DNA of 64,000 bases from an uncultured delta proteobacterium. GTDB lineage: Bacteria; Myxococcota_A; UBA9160; SZUA-336. A program made the translations under genes and the position numbers. Positions 22,270 through 30,411 of the stretch are shown here, piece by piece. The notes beneath the pieces were generated by a model, which saw only the letters and a list, made by a program, of their open reading frames with translations, did no database searches and had not been told where the DNA came from. The DNA is taken from contig CAVPHD010000009.1 in assembly GCA_963704165.1 (NCBI GenBank), forward strand, positions 325,866 to 389,865. The letters run 5' to 3'. How positions within the stretch are numbered: position 1 is the stretch's first letter; each line of letters opens with the position of its first letter.

Positions 22270-23079
22270 CTAGCGCCCTTTCCAGACGGGCTTGCGCTTT
22301 TCGACGAACGCGCGCTGCGCCTCGCGCGCGTCTTCGGTCTTGCGCAGTGGACGTCCGAGCTCCTCCTGGCGGCGCCAGGCCTCGTCGAGCGGAAGCGCGA
22401 GCAGCTCTCGTACACCGGATCGCGTCGCACGCACCGCGAGCGGAGCGTTGGCGGCGATCGCATCGGCGTAGGTGAAGGCCGCGTCGAGCAGCGCCTCGGC
22501 CGCCACGATCCGGTTCACGAGGCCGATCTCGAGCGCACGGTTGGCCGGAATGGGCCGGGCCGTGAGCAGGAGCTCGTGCGCGTTCACCCAGCCGATCTGC
22601 CGCGGCAAGAGCACCGTCGCGTTTCCGGTCGGGTACAGGCCGATCGCGACCTCTTCGAGTGCGAAGCTCGCGTGCGGCACCGCGACCCGAAGCTCGGCGG
22701 CGAGCATCAGATCGAATCCGCCGGCACGAGCGTGGCCGTTGATCGCCGCAACGAGCGGCTTGCCGAGATCGAAACCCGCGAGCAACGCCGTCGAGACGTC
22801 GCGCAGCCCTTCGAAGGCCTCGGGATCGATGCGCTCGCCGCGCGCGAGCGCCTGCGCGACGGGGATCGTCTCGCGCATGTCCATGCCGGAGCAGAACACG
22901 CGCGGACCCGCCCCCGTCACGACCGCGCAGCGGATCTCGTCGTCGCGCGCGATCTCGCGCCAACCGTCGGCGAGTGCACGCAGCGTCTTCGGATCGAGCG
23001 CGTTCGCACGCTCCGGACGGTCGATCGTCAAGAGCGCGACGCCCGGATGATCTGCGGGTCGTTCGAGGCGCGCGGTCAT
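22270..23079 (-). CDS. Enoyl-CoA hydratase/isomerase (crotonase) family
   Basis: DRPERANAL, FCSGMD, KPLVAAINGHARAGG, AFVEKRKPVWKGR. Confidence 0.9.
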   Translation of the reverse strand: MTARLERPADHPGVALLTIDRPERANALDPKTLRALADGWREIARDDEIRCAVVTGAGPRVFCSGMDMRETIPVAQALARGERIDPEAFEGLRDVSTALLAGFDLGKPLVAAINGHARAGGFDLMLAAELRVAVPHASFALEEVAIGLYPTGNATVLLPRQIGWVNAHELLLTARPIPANRALEIGLVNRIVAAEALLDAAFTYADAIAANAPLAVRATRSGVRELLALPLDEAWRRQEELGRPLRKTEDAREAQRAFVEKRKPVWKGR

Positions 23080-23082
23080 CGG

Positions 23083-24253
23083 CTAGTGGTGGAAGAGGCG
23101 AAGCTGGGTGTGGACCATCGCGATGCCGTACTCGCGGCACGCCGCCTCGATCTCGTCGTCGCGCGTCGAGCCGCCCGGCTGCGCGATGAACTTCACGCCG
23201 TGTTCGCGCGCGTGGTCGATGTTGTCGCGGAACGGGATGAACCCGTCGGAGACGAGCGAGACGCCGTCGAGCCGCGCGATCCACGCGCGGCGCTCGTCCT
23301 CGGTGAGCAGCACGAGCGGCTCGTCGAGGACGTCGCGCAGCGCGGCCTCCTCGGACGCGGTCAGATCGCCCTCGATGTAGCGGACGCGCCAGTTGATGCG
23401 CTGCTGCCGCTTGACGCCCGGGCTTGAAGCGCGAGGCCCAGCACCTTCGGGTGTCGGCCGAGGTGCCAGACGTCGGCCTTCGCGCCGGCGAGCTTCGTGC
23501 AGTCGACGCGGCGACTGCTGTCCCGCGCCGATGCCGATCATCTGTCCGTCGAGCGCGTAGCCGACCGAGTTCGACTGCGTGTACTTGATCGCGATCAGCC
23601 CGAGAAGGAGGTCGCGCCGCGCGTCGTCGGTGAGCGTGCCGCAGACCGACGTTCGCGAGGTGGCCTGGCGTCACGCGGCGGTTGTTGCGGTCCTGCACGA
23701 GCCGCATGCCGAAGAGCTCGCGCGCCTCGCGCGTCCGGCGGCTCGAAGCCGGCGTCGGCCTGCAGGACGATGAACGACCCGCCCTTCTTGCTCGCAGAGC
23801 GTGCGCAGCGCCACCGCGCTCGTAGCCCGGCGCGATGATCCCGTCGCGACACGACGCCCTTCAGGAAGTCGGCGGTCGCCTCGTCGACGACGTCGCGAGA
23901 GCGCGACGAAGTCGCCGAACGAGCACTTCGGATCCGCGCCGCGCGCGCGCACGTAGGCCGTCGCGGCGGGCGTGAGCGACTGTCCGTCGCACCTCGTAGG
24001 CGCGCACGAGATCGTCGGGGAGGGCGACGGCCACCGCCGCGCCCGGCGGGCGAGACGTGCTTGAAGCTCGCGGCCGCCGGCCAGCCCGAGCGCCTCGCGC
24101 AGCTTCCGCGACGAGCTGCCAGGCGTTCAGCGCGTCGAGCAGGTTGATCAGCGAGGGCGTACCGGAGAGCAGCTCGACCGGGAGCTTCCCGCCGTGGATC
24201 GGCTCGAGCGCGGCGAAGCTCTGATGGGGATTGCAGCCGTACTTGAGTCGCAT
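23083..24253 (-). CDS. purH: AICAR transformylase (short PurH lacking IMP cyclohydrolase domain; multiple frameshifts)
   Basis: MRLKYGCNPHQ, INLLDALNAWQLV, FKHVSP, SFGDFVAL, KYTQSNSV, GIGAGQQSR, SDGFIPFRDNI, QPGGS, RLFHH. Confidence 0.85.
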
Positions 24254-24406
24254 CGACGCGGATCCTCCGGGAAAGGCCGGCAGAGCATGCGCGATGCGCG
24301 GCGATTCCTCAACGCGCGGGGAGCCGAGCGGAGCAGCCTCGCTGCACCTGCTGCGTGCGCGCTGCAGCCCCGTGCCGCGTCCGGCTCCGGGCTCGCGTCA
24401 CGCGTC

Positions 24407-24422
24407 TGGCATCGGGGTTGCA
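24407..24422 (+). promoter_or_regulatory. Sigma54 (-24/-12) promoter TGGCATCGGGGTTGCA
   Basis: GG(24408-9) and GC(24420-1) correctly spaced; near-consensus TGGCAC-N5-TTGCW. Confidence 0.65.
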
Positions 24423-24456
24423 ATTCCCTTCGACCGTTCCACTCGGGAGATCCGAA

Positions 24457-24594
24457 ATGAGCCCATCCGATCCTCCACCGGCCGAGCCGACGATCCCGGC
24501 GAGCGGTCGGGCGCGCGCGGGCGAGACGATCGTCGAGCTCTCGTTCGCGCTTCTGCTCGTCGGCGTCTGGCTGGTGACGTGCCTCGCGGGCTGA
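24457..24594 (+). CDS. Small (45 aa) protein with a C-terminal TM helix
   Basis: GGGAGA RBS then ATG; MSPSDPPP...IVELSFALLLVGVWLVTCLAG; lies behind the sigma54 motif. Confidence 0.5.
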   Translation: MSPSDPPPAEPTIPASGRARAGETIVELSFALLLVGVWLVTCLAG

Positions 24595-24608
24595 TCGCGG
24601 CCTGACGT

Positions 24609-24911
24609 TCAGTCGGAAAGGATCCGGATCGCGAAGCCGTCTTCGGTCGTGCGAACGAACTCGCCGCGAAGCGGCTTCGGGGCGACGCCCTTCGCCGCGG
24701 CGTAGTGGATCTCGACGGGGGTGCCGGGCTCGAGCCTGAGTACGGGGCCGACGATCCGAGCGCCGCTCGGAGAGACATCGGCGATCGCCGCACGCTCGAT
24801 CCGGCCGGCAACGTGAACGTCGACCAGGATGCGCGATCGGCAGCGGGGCGCGGCCCGCGTCGAGGCGACCTCGGCGGGTAGCGGATCGGGAGCGGGCTTC
24901 GCGATGGCCAT
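24609..24911 (-). CDS. Single-domain PilZ (c-di-GMP-binding) protein
   Basis: RAAPR (RxxxR) and DVSPSG (DxSxxG) motifs; C-terminal EFVRTTEDGFAIRI. Confidence 0.8.
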   Translation of the reverse strand: MAIAKPAPDPLPAEVASTRAAPRCRSRILVDVHVAGRIERAAIADVSPSGARIVGPVLRLEPGTPVEIHYAAAKGVAPKPLRGEFVRTTEDGFAIRILSD

Positions 24912-24922
24912 CCTTGGAAAGA

Positions 24923-24948
24923 ATCGGCGCGACGCCGGGATGGCTTGA
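24923..24948 (-). promoter_or_regulatory. Sigma28-like promoter TCAAG-N15-GCCGAT upstream of the PilZ gene
   Basis: Resembles FliA consensus (TAAAG/TCAAG...GCCGAT); 11 nt before ATG. Confidence 0.55.
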
Positions 24949-24980
24949 TATCCTGCGCGCCCCCCGAGGGAGGATCCCGA

Positions 24981-25829
24981 TTGCGCTTCACATTGGCCGC
25001 GCTCCGACTCCTGCCGCGGAACTCGATCTCGCGAGCCGCAGGGCGCTTCGCGGCCGTGCGTTGGCCGGGTCCGCTCATGCGCGCCGGAATTCGGCTCTTC
25101 GCGCGCGCCTTCGGCGTCGATCTCGACGAGGTGCGCGATCCGCTCGAGAGCTTCGGCTCGCTCCAGGAGTTCTTCACGCGGGCGCTCCGCGAGGGCGCGC
25201 GGCCGATCGACCCGGCGAGCGAGGCGCTGGTGTCGCCGTGCGACGGCGCGTTCGGCGAGTCGGGAATCGTGCGCGGCGGGCAGGTTCTTCAGCTGAAGGG
25301 TCGCCCGTACGGACTGCGCGAGCTGCTCGGGAGCGAGGCGGATGCCGCATCCTTCGAGGGCGGCGCCTACGCGACGCTCTACCTCTCGCCGCGCGACTAC
25401 CACCGCTTCCACTCGCCCTGCGCGCTCCGCGTCGAGCGGCTCCGCTACCTGCCCGGGACGCTCTGGCCCGTGAACCGGATCGGGCTCGAAGGCGTGGACG
25501 CGCTCTTCGCACAGAACGAGCGCATCTGCGCGTTCATGCGCACCCCGCGGGGGGACGCCGTTCTGTGTCTGGTCGCGGTGGGCGCGACGATGGTCGGAAA
25601 GGTGCGGGTCGAGTTCGATTCGCTCGAGACCAACCTGCCGGGCGCCCGCGCCACCGAGCGCAGCTATCCGGACGGGATCCCGCTCGACAAGGGAGCGGAG
25701 TGGGGCCGGTTCGAGTTCGGTTCGACCCTCGTGCTGCTCGCGAAACCCGGCGCGGTCGAGCTCGAGATCCGCGCGCCCGGCACGCCCGTGCGCCTCGGCG
25801 AGCGGATCGGCCGCCTAGCGCTTGCGTGA
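24981..25829 (+). CDS. psd: Phosphatidylserine decarboxylase proenzyme
   Basis: FFTRAL, SPCDG, YLSPRDYHRFH, NER, VGATMVG, FEFGST self-cleavage site; GGGAGGA RBS before TTG. Confidence 0.92.
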   Translation: MRFTLAALRLLPRNSISRAAGRFAAVRWPGPLMRAGIRLFARAFGVDLDEVRDPLESFGSLQEFFTRALREGARPIDPASEALVSPCDGAFGESGIVRGGQVLQLKGRPYGLRELLGSEADAASFEGGAYATLYLSPRDYHRFHSPCALRVERLRYLPGTLWPVNRIGLEGVDALFAQNERICAFMRTPRGDAVLCLVAVGATMVGKVRVEFDSLETNLPGARATERSYPDGIPLDKGAEWGRFEFGSTLVLLAKPGAVELEIRAPGTPVRLGERIGRLALA

Positions 25830-26201
25830 GCCCCGCGGCGCCCGTGCGCGACGCGAAAGCGCCGCCCGCTTCGCCGCCCCGTGCGCGAGCTCGAGCCAGC
25901 ACCGCAGCTCGTCGGGATCCTCGAACGCGTCGGCAGGCGCCTCGAAGTAGGACATCACGACCGGTTTTGCGCGCGCGCTCGACGAGTACTCGAACGGCCG
26001 GCTGCCCGCCGCTTCGAAGCGCGCGCGCGTCTCGGCGTCGGTCTTCAGGTACAGGACGTCCGCCGCGACGAGTCCCACCATGAGCTCTCCGAGGTACAGG
26101 CCGTGACCACCGAACATCGCGCGCGCACTCGCGCGGCCGAGCCCCGTCGTCACCTCGCCGACGAGCAGCTCGAGCAGGTACGCGACGAATCCGCTCGCCA
26201 T
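25815..26201 (-). CDS. TfoX/Sxy N-terminal-domain protein
   Basis: RAMFGGHGLY, LYLKTD, PFEY, MSYF. Confidence 0.85.
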   Translation of the reverse strand: MASGFVAYLLELLVGEVTTGLGRASARAMFGGHGLYLGELMVGLVAADVLYLKTDAETRARFEAAGSRPFEYSSSARAKPVVMSYFEAPADAFEDPDELRCWLELAHGAAKRAALSRRARAPRGSRKR

Positions 26202-26241
26202 CCACTTCCTCCTCGCCGCTTTCGATTGTAGAGTCCGACGC

Positions 26242-26610
26242 ATGGAATTACTCGAAGGCGGCTGTCACTGTGGCGAGGTGAGATTCCGCGTCCGAGTCGA
26301 GGCACTCGAAGCGAGCGACTGCAACTGCTCGGTCTGCACGAAGAAGGGCTTCCTCCACCTGATCGTCGCGCCCGATCGCTTCGAGCTTCTGAAGGGTGCG
26401 GACGCGCTCTCCACCTACACGTTCAACACGGGCGTCGCGAAGCACCGCTTCTGTCGGCGCTGCGGAGTGCACCCGTTCTACACGCCGCGCTCCCACCCCG
26501 ATCAGATCGATGTCAACATCCGCTGTCTCGACGGCGACGCGTGGCGGCGATTCTCGCTACGGGAGTTCGACGGCAGGAACTGGGAAGCGAGCATCGCGTC
26601 GATCCGCTAG
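26242..26610 (+). CDS. GFA / CENP-V family protein
   Basis: GGCHCGEVRF, CNCSVC, FCRRCG, PRSHP, VNIRCLD. Confidence 0.92.
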   Translation: MELLEGGCHCGEVRFRVRVEALEASDCNCSVCTKKGFLHLIVAPDRFELLKGADALSTYTFNTGVAKHRFCRRCGVHPFYTPRSHPDQIDVNIRCLDGDAWRRFSLREFDGRNWEASIASIR

Positions 26611-27542
26611 CGGGCGAGCGCGTCGTAGCGCACGCCGGTCTGCTCCTCGGATAGCTCCCAGAGCCTTCGCGCGTCGACCTCGGACCGGGCGCGCGCGGAG
26701 CAGCCGACCTTCTTCGGCGAGCCCCGCATCTCGCCGAACCCGTCGGGGCCGATGTAGTCGCCGCCACGGACGTCGGCAGCGAGCGCGGCGTAGAGCGTCG
26801 GCCCTGCGCCAGCGGCGGCGCTCTGCGCGAAGATGCGGTTGCCGATCCGCGCGGCCGAAGCGAAGAGCCGCGAACCTTCCATCCTCGAGGCGACGAACTG
26901 CAGGTCGGTCGCTGCGTAGCCCGGGTGACACGCGACACAGATCTGCGTCCGTGGCCGCAACGCAAGTCGCCGCTGGAGCTCGTGCGTGAAGAGCAGATTC
27001 GCGAGCTTGCTCTGACCGTAGGCCGCCCAGCGTCGGTAGCGCTTCGCCGAGTGCAGATCGTCGAAGTCGATCCGGCCGAAGCGATGCGCGCCGCTGCTGA
27101 CGTTCACGACTCGCGCCTCGGGCGTCCCGAGCAGCCTCTCGAGCAGAAGACCGGTCAGTGCGAAGTGCCCGAGATGATTCGTGCCGATCTGCATCTCGAA
27201 GCCGTCCGCCGTCTTCCGCTCTGGAATCGCCATCACCCCCGCGTTGTTCACGAGCAGGTCGAGGCGGGTGTATCGCGACGTGAACGCGCGCGCGAACTCC
27301 CGCACCGAACGCAGATCGGCGAGGTCGAGCGCGAGGATTTCGACCTCGGCGGCTGGAGCGGTCTCCAGGATCAGGTCGAGCGCGGACTTCGCCTTTTCCG
27401 GATTGCGGCACGCAAGCACGAGCCGCGTGGATCTTCGAGCGAGGGAACGCGCGGCCTCGAGGCCGATCCCGGAGTTCCCGCCGGTGACGACCGCGACCCG
27501 GCCCTTCGGATCGCGCGCGCTTTCGACGTCGAAGCCGGCCAT
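26607..27542 (-). CDS. Short-chain dehydrogenase/reductase (retinol-DH-like)
   Basis: TGGNSGIG, NNAGVM, GTNHLGHF, YGQSK, HPG. Confidence 0.92.
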   Translation of the reverse strand: MAGFDVESARDPKGRVAVVTGGNSGIGLEAARSLARRSTRLVLACRNPEKAKSALDLILETAPAAEVEILALDLADLRSVREFARAFTSRYTRLDLLVNNAGVMAIPERKTADGFEMQIGTNHLGHFALTGLLLERLLGTPEARVVNVSSGAHRFGRIDFDDLHSAKRYRRWAAYGQSKLANLLFTHELQRRLALRPRTQICVACHPGYAATDLQFVASRMEGSRLFASAARIGNRIFAQSAAAGAGPTLYAALAADVRGGDYIGPDGFGEMRGSPKKVGCSARARSEVDARRLWELSEEQTGVRYDALAR

Positions 27543-27551
27543 TCCCGTGCG

Positions 27552-29030
27552 TCAGCCGCGTTTCTGGACTTCTGCGAGTCGGACGAGCTCGGCGAACGAT
27601 ACCCGGAGATCGTCGATCAGATCCCAGACGTCGGGCACGAGGTCGCGGCAGGCGATCAGCCCGAAGTCGAGGTGATCGAGGTAGCTCTGCACGGTGATGT
27701 TGAGCCCCTGCCCCTCCGCGACCGCCGACACCGGGTAGTAGGTCAGCATCTGCGCTCCGCCGAGATACAACGGGTGCCGCGGCCCGGGCACGTTCGAGAT
27801 CACGATGTTGAACGGCGGGTTCATGCGGTCGGCGATTCGCGTTCGCGCGACGATGCGAGCGGCCTGTCCCGCGAGGTTCGGCGTCGCGAACTGCGTGAAA
27901 TCCTGGAGCAGGTTCGCGGGAATCGCCTGCTGCATGCGCTTGGCCGACTTCATCGATTCGTGTATGCGGAACAGGCGCTGCACGGGATCCTTCTCGTTCG
28001 TCGCCAGGTCCGCGAGCACGCTCGAGACGCGATTGCTGTAGGTCGCCTTCTCGTCCGACGAGCGCACCGATACCGGCACCATCGCGATCAGCGGATCCTC
28101 GGGGAGCGCATCGATCCGCTCGAGGTAGCGGCGCAGCGCGCCGGAGCACGCGGCCATGACGACATCGTTCAGTGTCGTGCCGAAGGTGTTCTTCACGAGC
28201 TTCGCGTCGGCGAGCGGAATCGAGCAGAACGACCAGCGACGGTGCGACGTGATCGAGCGGTTGAACGGTGTCTTCGGCGCGCGCGTCTGCGGAATCAGCG
28301 GCGCATCGACCTGATCTCCGCGTCGCCGGAAGAGCCCGCCCACCACGGGCAGGCGATCGAGGCCGATCGCGTCCCGCGCCAGCGGCCCGATCTCGGGGCT
28401 CTGCGCGAGGCTGCGCGCCGCACGCGCGGCGAAGCGCAGCGCCCGCCCCGGGCGCAGGATCGCGGCGCCGACTCCGCGCCGAAGCAGCTCGAGCTCTCCG
28501 GGAATCGCGTCGGGTGTCCAGGCCTCCTTCGGCGGTTCGATCGCGCCCGCCGTCGGCGACGTGTCGAGCAACGTCGAGGTCAGCTCGGCGCCGGAGACGC
28601 CGTCGATCGTGCAGTGGTGGATCTTGATGTAGAGCGCGACCAGGCCGTTTTCGAGGCCCTCGATCACGTAGATCTCCCAGAGCGGACGCTCGCGGTCCAT
28701 CGGCCGGCCGTGGATGCGCGAGACGAGCTCGGAGAGCTGCAGATTCGTGCCCGGGGGAGGCACCGCGATGTGTCGCAGGTGGAAGTCGAGGTCGAAATTC
28801 GGATCCTCGATCCAGTACGGGTGATCGAGGCCGAGCGGTACCTGCACGAGACGGCGGCGGAACGGCGGCAGCAGGTGCATGCGTTCGGAGATCGACCTGC
28901 GCATCACGTCGTAGAGCGATCCACCGGGCGTGGCCGATGGGTCGTAGAGCGTGACCGACCCCACGTGACCGAACTGTCCGCCGGTCTCCATGTACAGGAA
29001 GCTCGCATCGAGTCCGGTGAGCTGTTGCAT
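27552..29030 (-). CDS. Wax ester synthase / diacylglycerol acyltransferase (WS/DGAT)
   Basis: LDASFLYMET, RPLWE, HHCTIDG (HHxxxDG), TLNDVV, ISNVPGP. Confidence 0.93.
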   Translation of the reverse strand: MQQLTGLDASFLYMETGGQFGHVGSVTLYDPSATPGGSLYDVMRRSISERMHLLPPFRRRLVQVPLGLDHPYWIEDPNFDLDFHLRHIAVPPPGTNLQLSELVSRIHGRPMDRERPLWEIYVIEGLENGLVALYIKIHHCTIDGVSGAELTSTLLDTSPTAGAIEPPKEAWTPDAIPGELELLRRGVGAAILRPGRALRFAARAARSLAQSPEIGPLARDAIGLDRLPVVGGLFRRRGDQVDAPLIPQTRAPKTPFNRSITSHRRWSFCSIPLADAKLVKNTFGTTLNDVVMAACSGALRRYLERIDALPEDPLIAMVPVSVRSSDEKATYSNRVSSVLADLATNEKDPVQRLFRIHESMKSAKRMQQAIPANLLQDFTQFATPNLAGQAARIVARTRIADRMNPPFNIVISNVPGPRHPLYLGGAQMLTYYPVSAVAEGQGLNITVQSYLDHLDFGLIACRDLVPDVWDLIDDLRVSFAELVRLAEVQKRG

Positions 29031-29043
29031 GATCCGTGTCTCC

Positions 29044-29823
29044 TTACGGCTTCGAGTGCGCGGCCACGAACTCCTCGACGATCCGATTGAAGCGCGCCGC
29101 GTCCTCGAAATAGGGCGAGTGACCCGAGCCCGCGAAGTCGACGACGTTGCAACCTGGAATCTGCGAAGCCGCCTCCTTCAACGCGTCGGGCGGAAAGAGC
29201 TGGTCGTGCTCGCCCGAGATCAAGAGCGTCGGAACCGAGTAGCCGGCGAGCTCGGCGGGATCGACGCGCGCTTCCGCGAGCGACGCGAGCGCGCTCGGTG
29301 CGAGCGCGGGGTTCAGCGCGCTGATCTGATCGTACAGGTGCGTGAGCTCGGGCTCGCGCGTCGGGAAATCGGGTGCAAGCGCCGGCGCGGCGCGCACGCC
29401 CTCACCCGCGGCGATCCGTCCGATCCGCTGAAGCGCTTCGACGACGCGGGGCGTCAGGATTCCCGCGGGCGTGCCGGAGAGCACGAGACACGAAATCCGC
29501 TCGGGTCGCGCGAGCGCCGCGCGCAGACCCGTCCAGCCACCCATCGACTGGCAGACCAGCGCGGCGCGCTCGATTCCCGCGTGATCGAGGATCGCGAAGA
29601 GATCGGCTTCGAATTCGCGCGCGTGAAACTGGCCCTCCGCGCAGAGCGAGCGGCCGAAGCCACGGTGATCGAACGTCAGCACGCGCCGTCCGCGCGCGAA
29701 GTGCGGAATCTGCTGCCACCAGATCAGCGTGTTGCCGCCGGCGCCGTGCGCGAACACGATCGGCGCGCCTTCGCCGTGGGACTCGTAGTAGAGGGTCGTG
29801 GAGGATCGCTGGACGAACGGCAT
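29044..29823 (-). CDS. Alpha/beta hydrolase
   Basis: HGAGG, DHRGFGRS, QSMGG, GEHD, SGHSPY. Confidence 0.88.
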   Translation of the reverse strand: MPFVQRSSTTLYYESHGEGAPIVFAHGAGGNTLIWWQQIPHFARGRRVLTFDHRGFGRSLCAEGQFHAREFEADLFAILDHAGIERAALVCQSMGGWTGLRAALARPERISCLVLSGTPAGILTPRVVEALQRIGRIAAGEGVRAAPALAPDFPTREPELTHLYDQISALNPALAPSALASLAEARVDPAELAGYSVPTLLISGEHDQLFPPDALKEAASQIPGCNVVDFAGSGHSPYFEDAARFNRIVEEFVAAHSKP

Positions 29824-29888
29824 GGTGCCTCACGGGTTGAGGAGTTCCGAGCGATGATACGCCGATGGCGCCCGCGGCGCGGCTTCGT

Positions 29889-30383
29889 TCAGCGCACGTC
29901 GGCCTCGAGCACGATCGGAATGAACTCGCCCGGCCGGATCGTGAGCCGCTTCTCGCGGCGCTGGCCGTCGCTCTCGAAGACGACCAGGAAGGCCACCGAC
30001 GTCACGTCGACGCCGCAGCCTTCGGGCGGGAAGTCCACGCCGATGCGGTAGCGCCCCGGCACGGCCCGCGCGAACTCGACGGTCTCCACGCGCGGCGATG
30101 GATCGTCGCAGCGCACGTCGCGCTCGAGGCGACCGCCGCTGCGAGAGGGCGAATTCGCGAAGTAGACCGTCTCCTGATGCGGATCGGTGACGTAGAGATC
30201 GAGGTCCGCGGCGTCTCCGAACACGAGCCTCGCGCGGATCCGGCCGGCCTCGAATGGCGCCCCCGGGCTCGCGGCGAATCGGGCCGCGAGCGCATTCGCC
30301 TCGGCTTCGCGCGCCTGCCTCTCCGCGAGCGTCGGACCCGCGTCGCTCGCGCATCCCGCGATCACGATCGCGGTTAGCAGCAC
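29889..30383 (-). CDS. Hypothetical lipoprotein (YfaP-like DLDLYVTDP domain)
   Basis: Lipobox IAGC; ADLDLYVTDP, GGRLERDV, PGRYRIGV; start uncertain. Confidence 0.6.
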   Translation of the reverse strand: MLLTAIVIAGCASDAGPTLAERQAREAEANALAARFAASPGAPFEAGRIRARLVFGDAADLDLYVTDPHQETVYFANSPSRSGGRLERDVRCDDPSPRVETVEFARAVPGRYRIGVDFPPEGCGVDVTSVAFLVVFESDGQRREKRLTIRPGEFIPIVLEADVR

Positions 30384-30411
30384 GAAACCGCGAGGTGTAA
30401 CCTGCCCGGTC

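Noticed and set aside
24254..24420. ZMP/ZTP riboswitch upstream of purH
   Set aside because: The conserved GACUGGCG and CGCCUGGGC-type segments were not found; an Rfam search would settle it.
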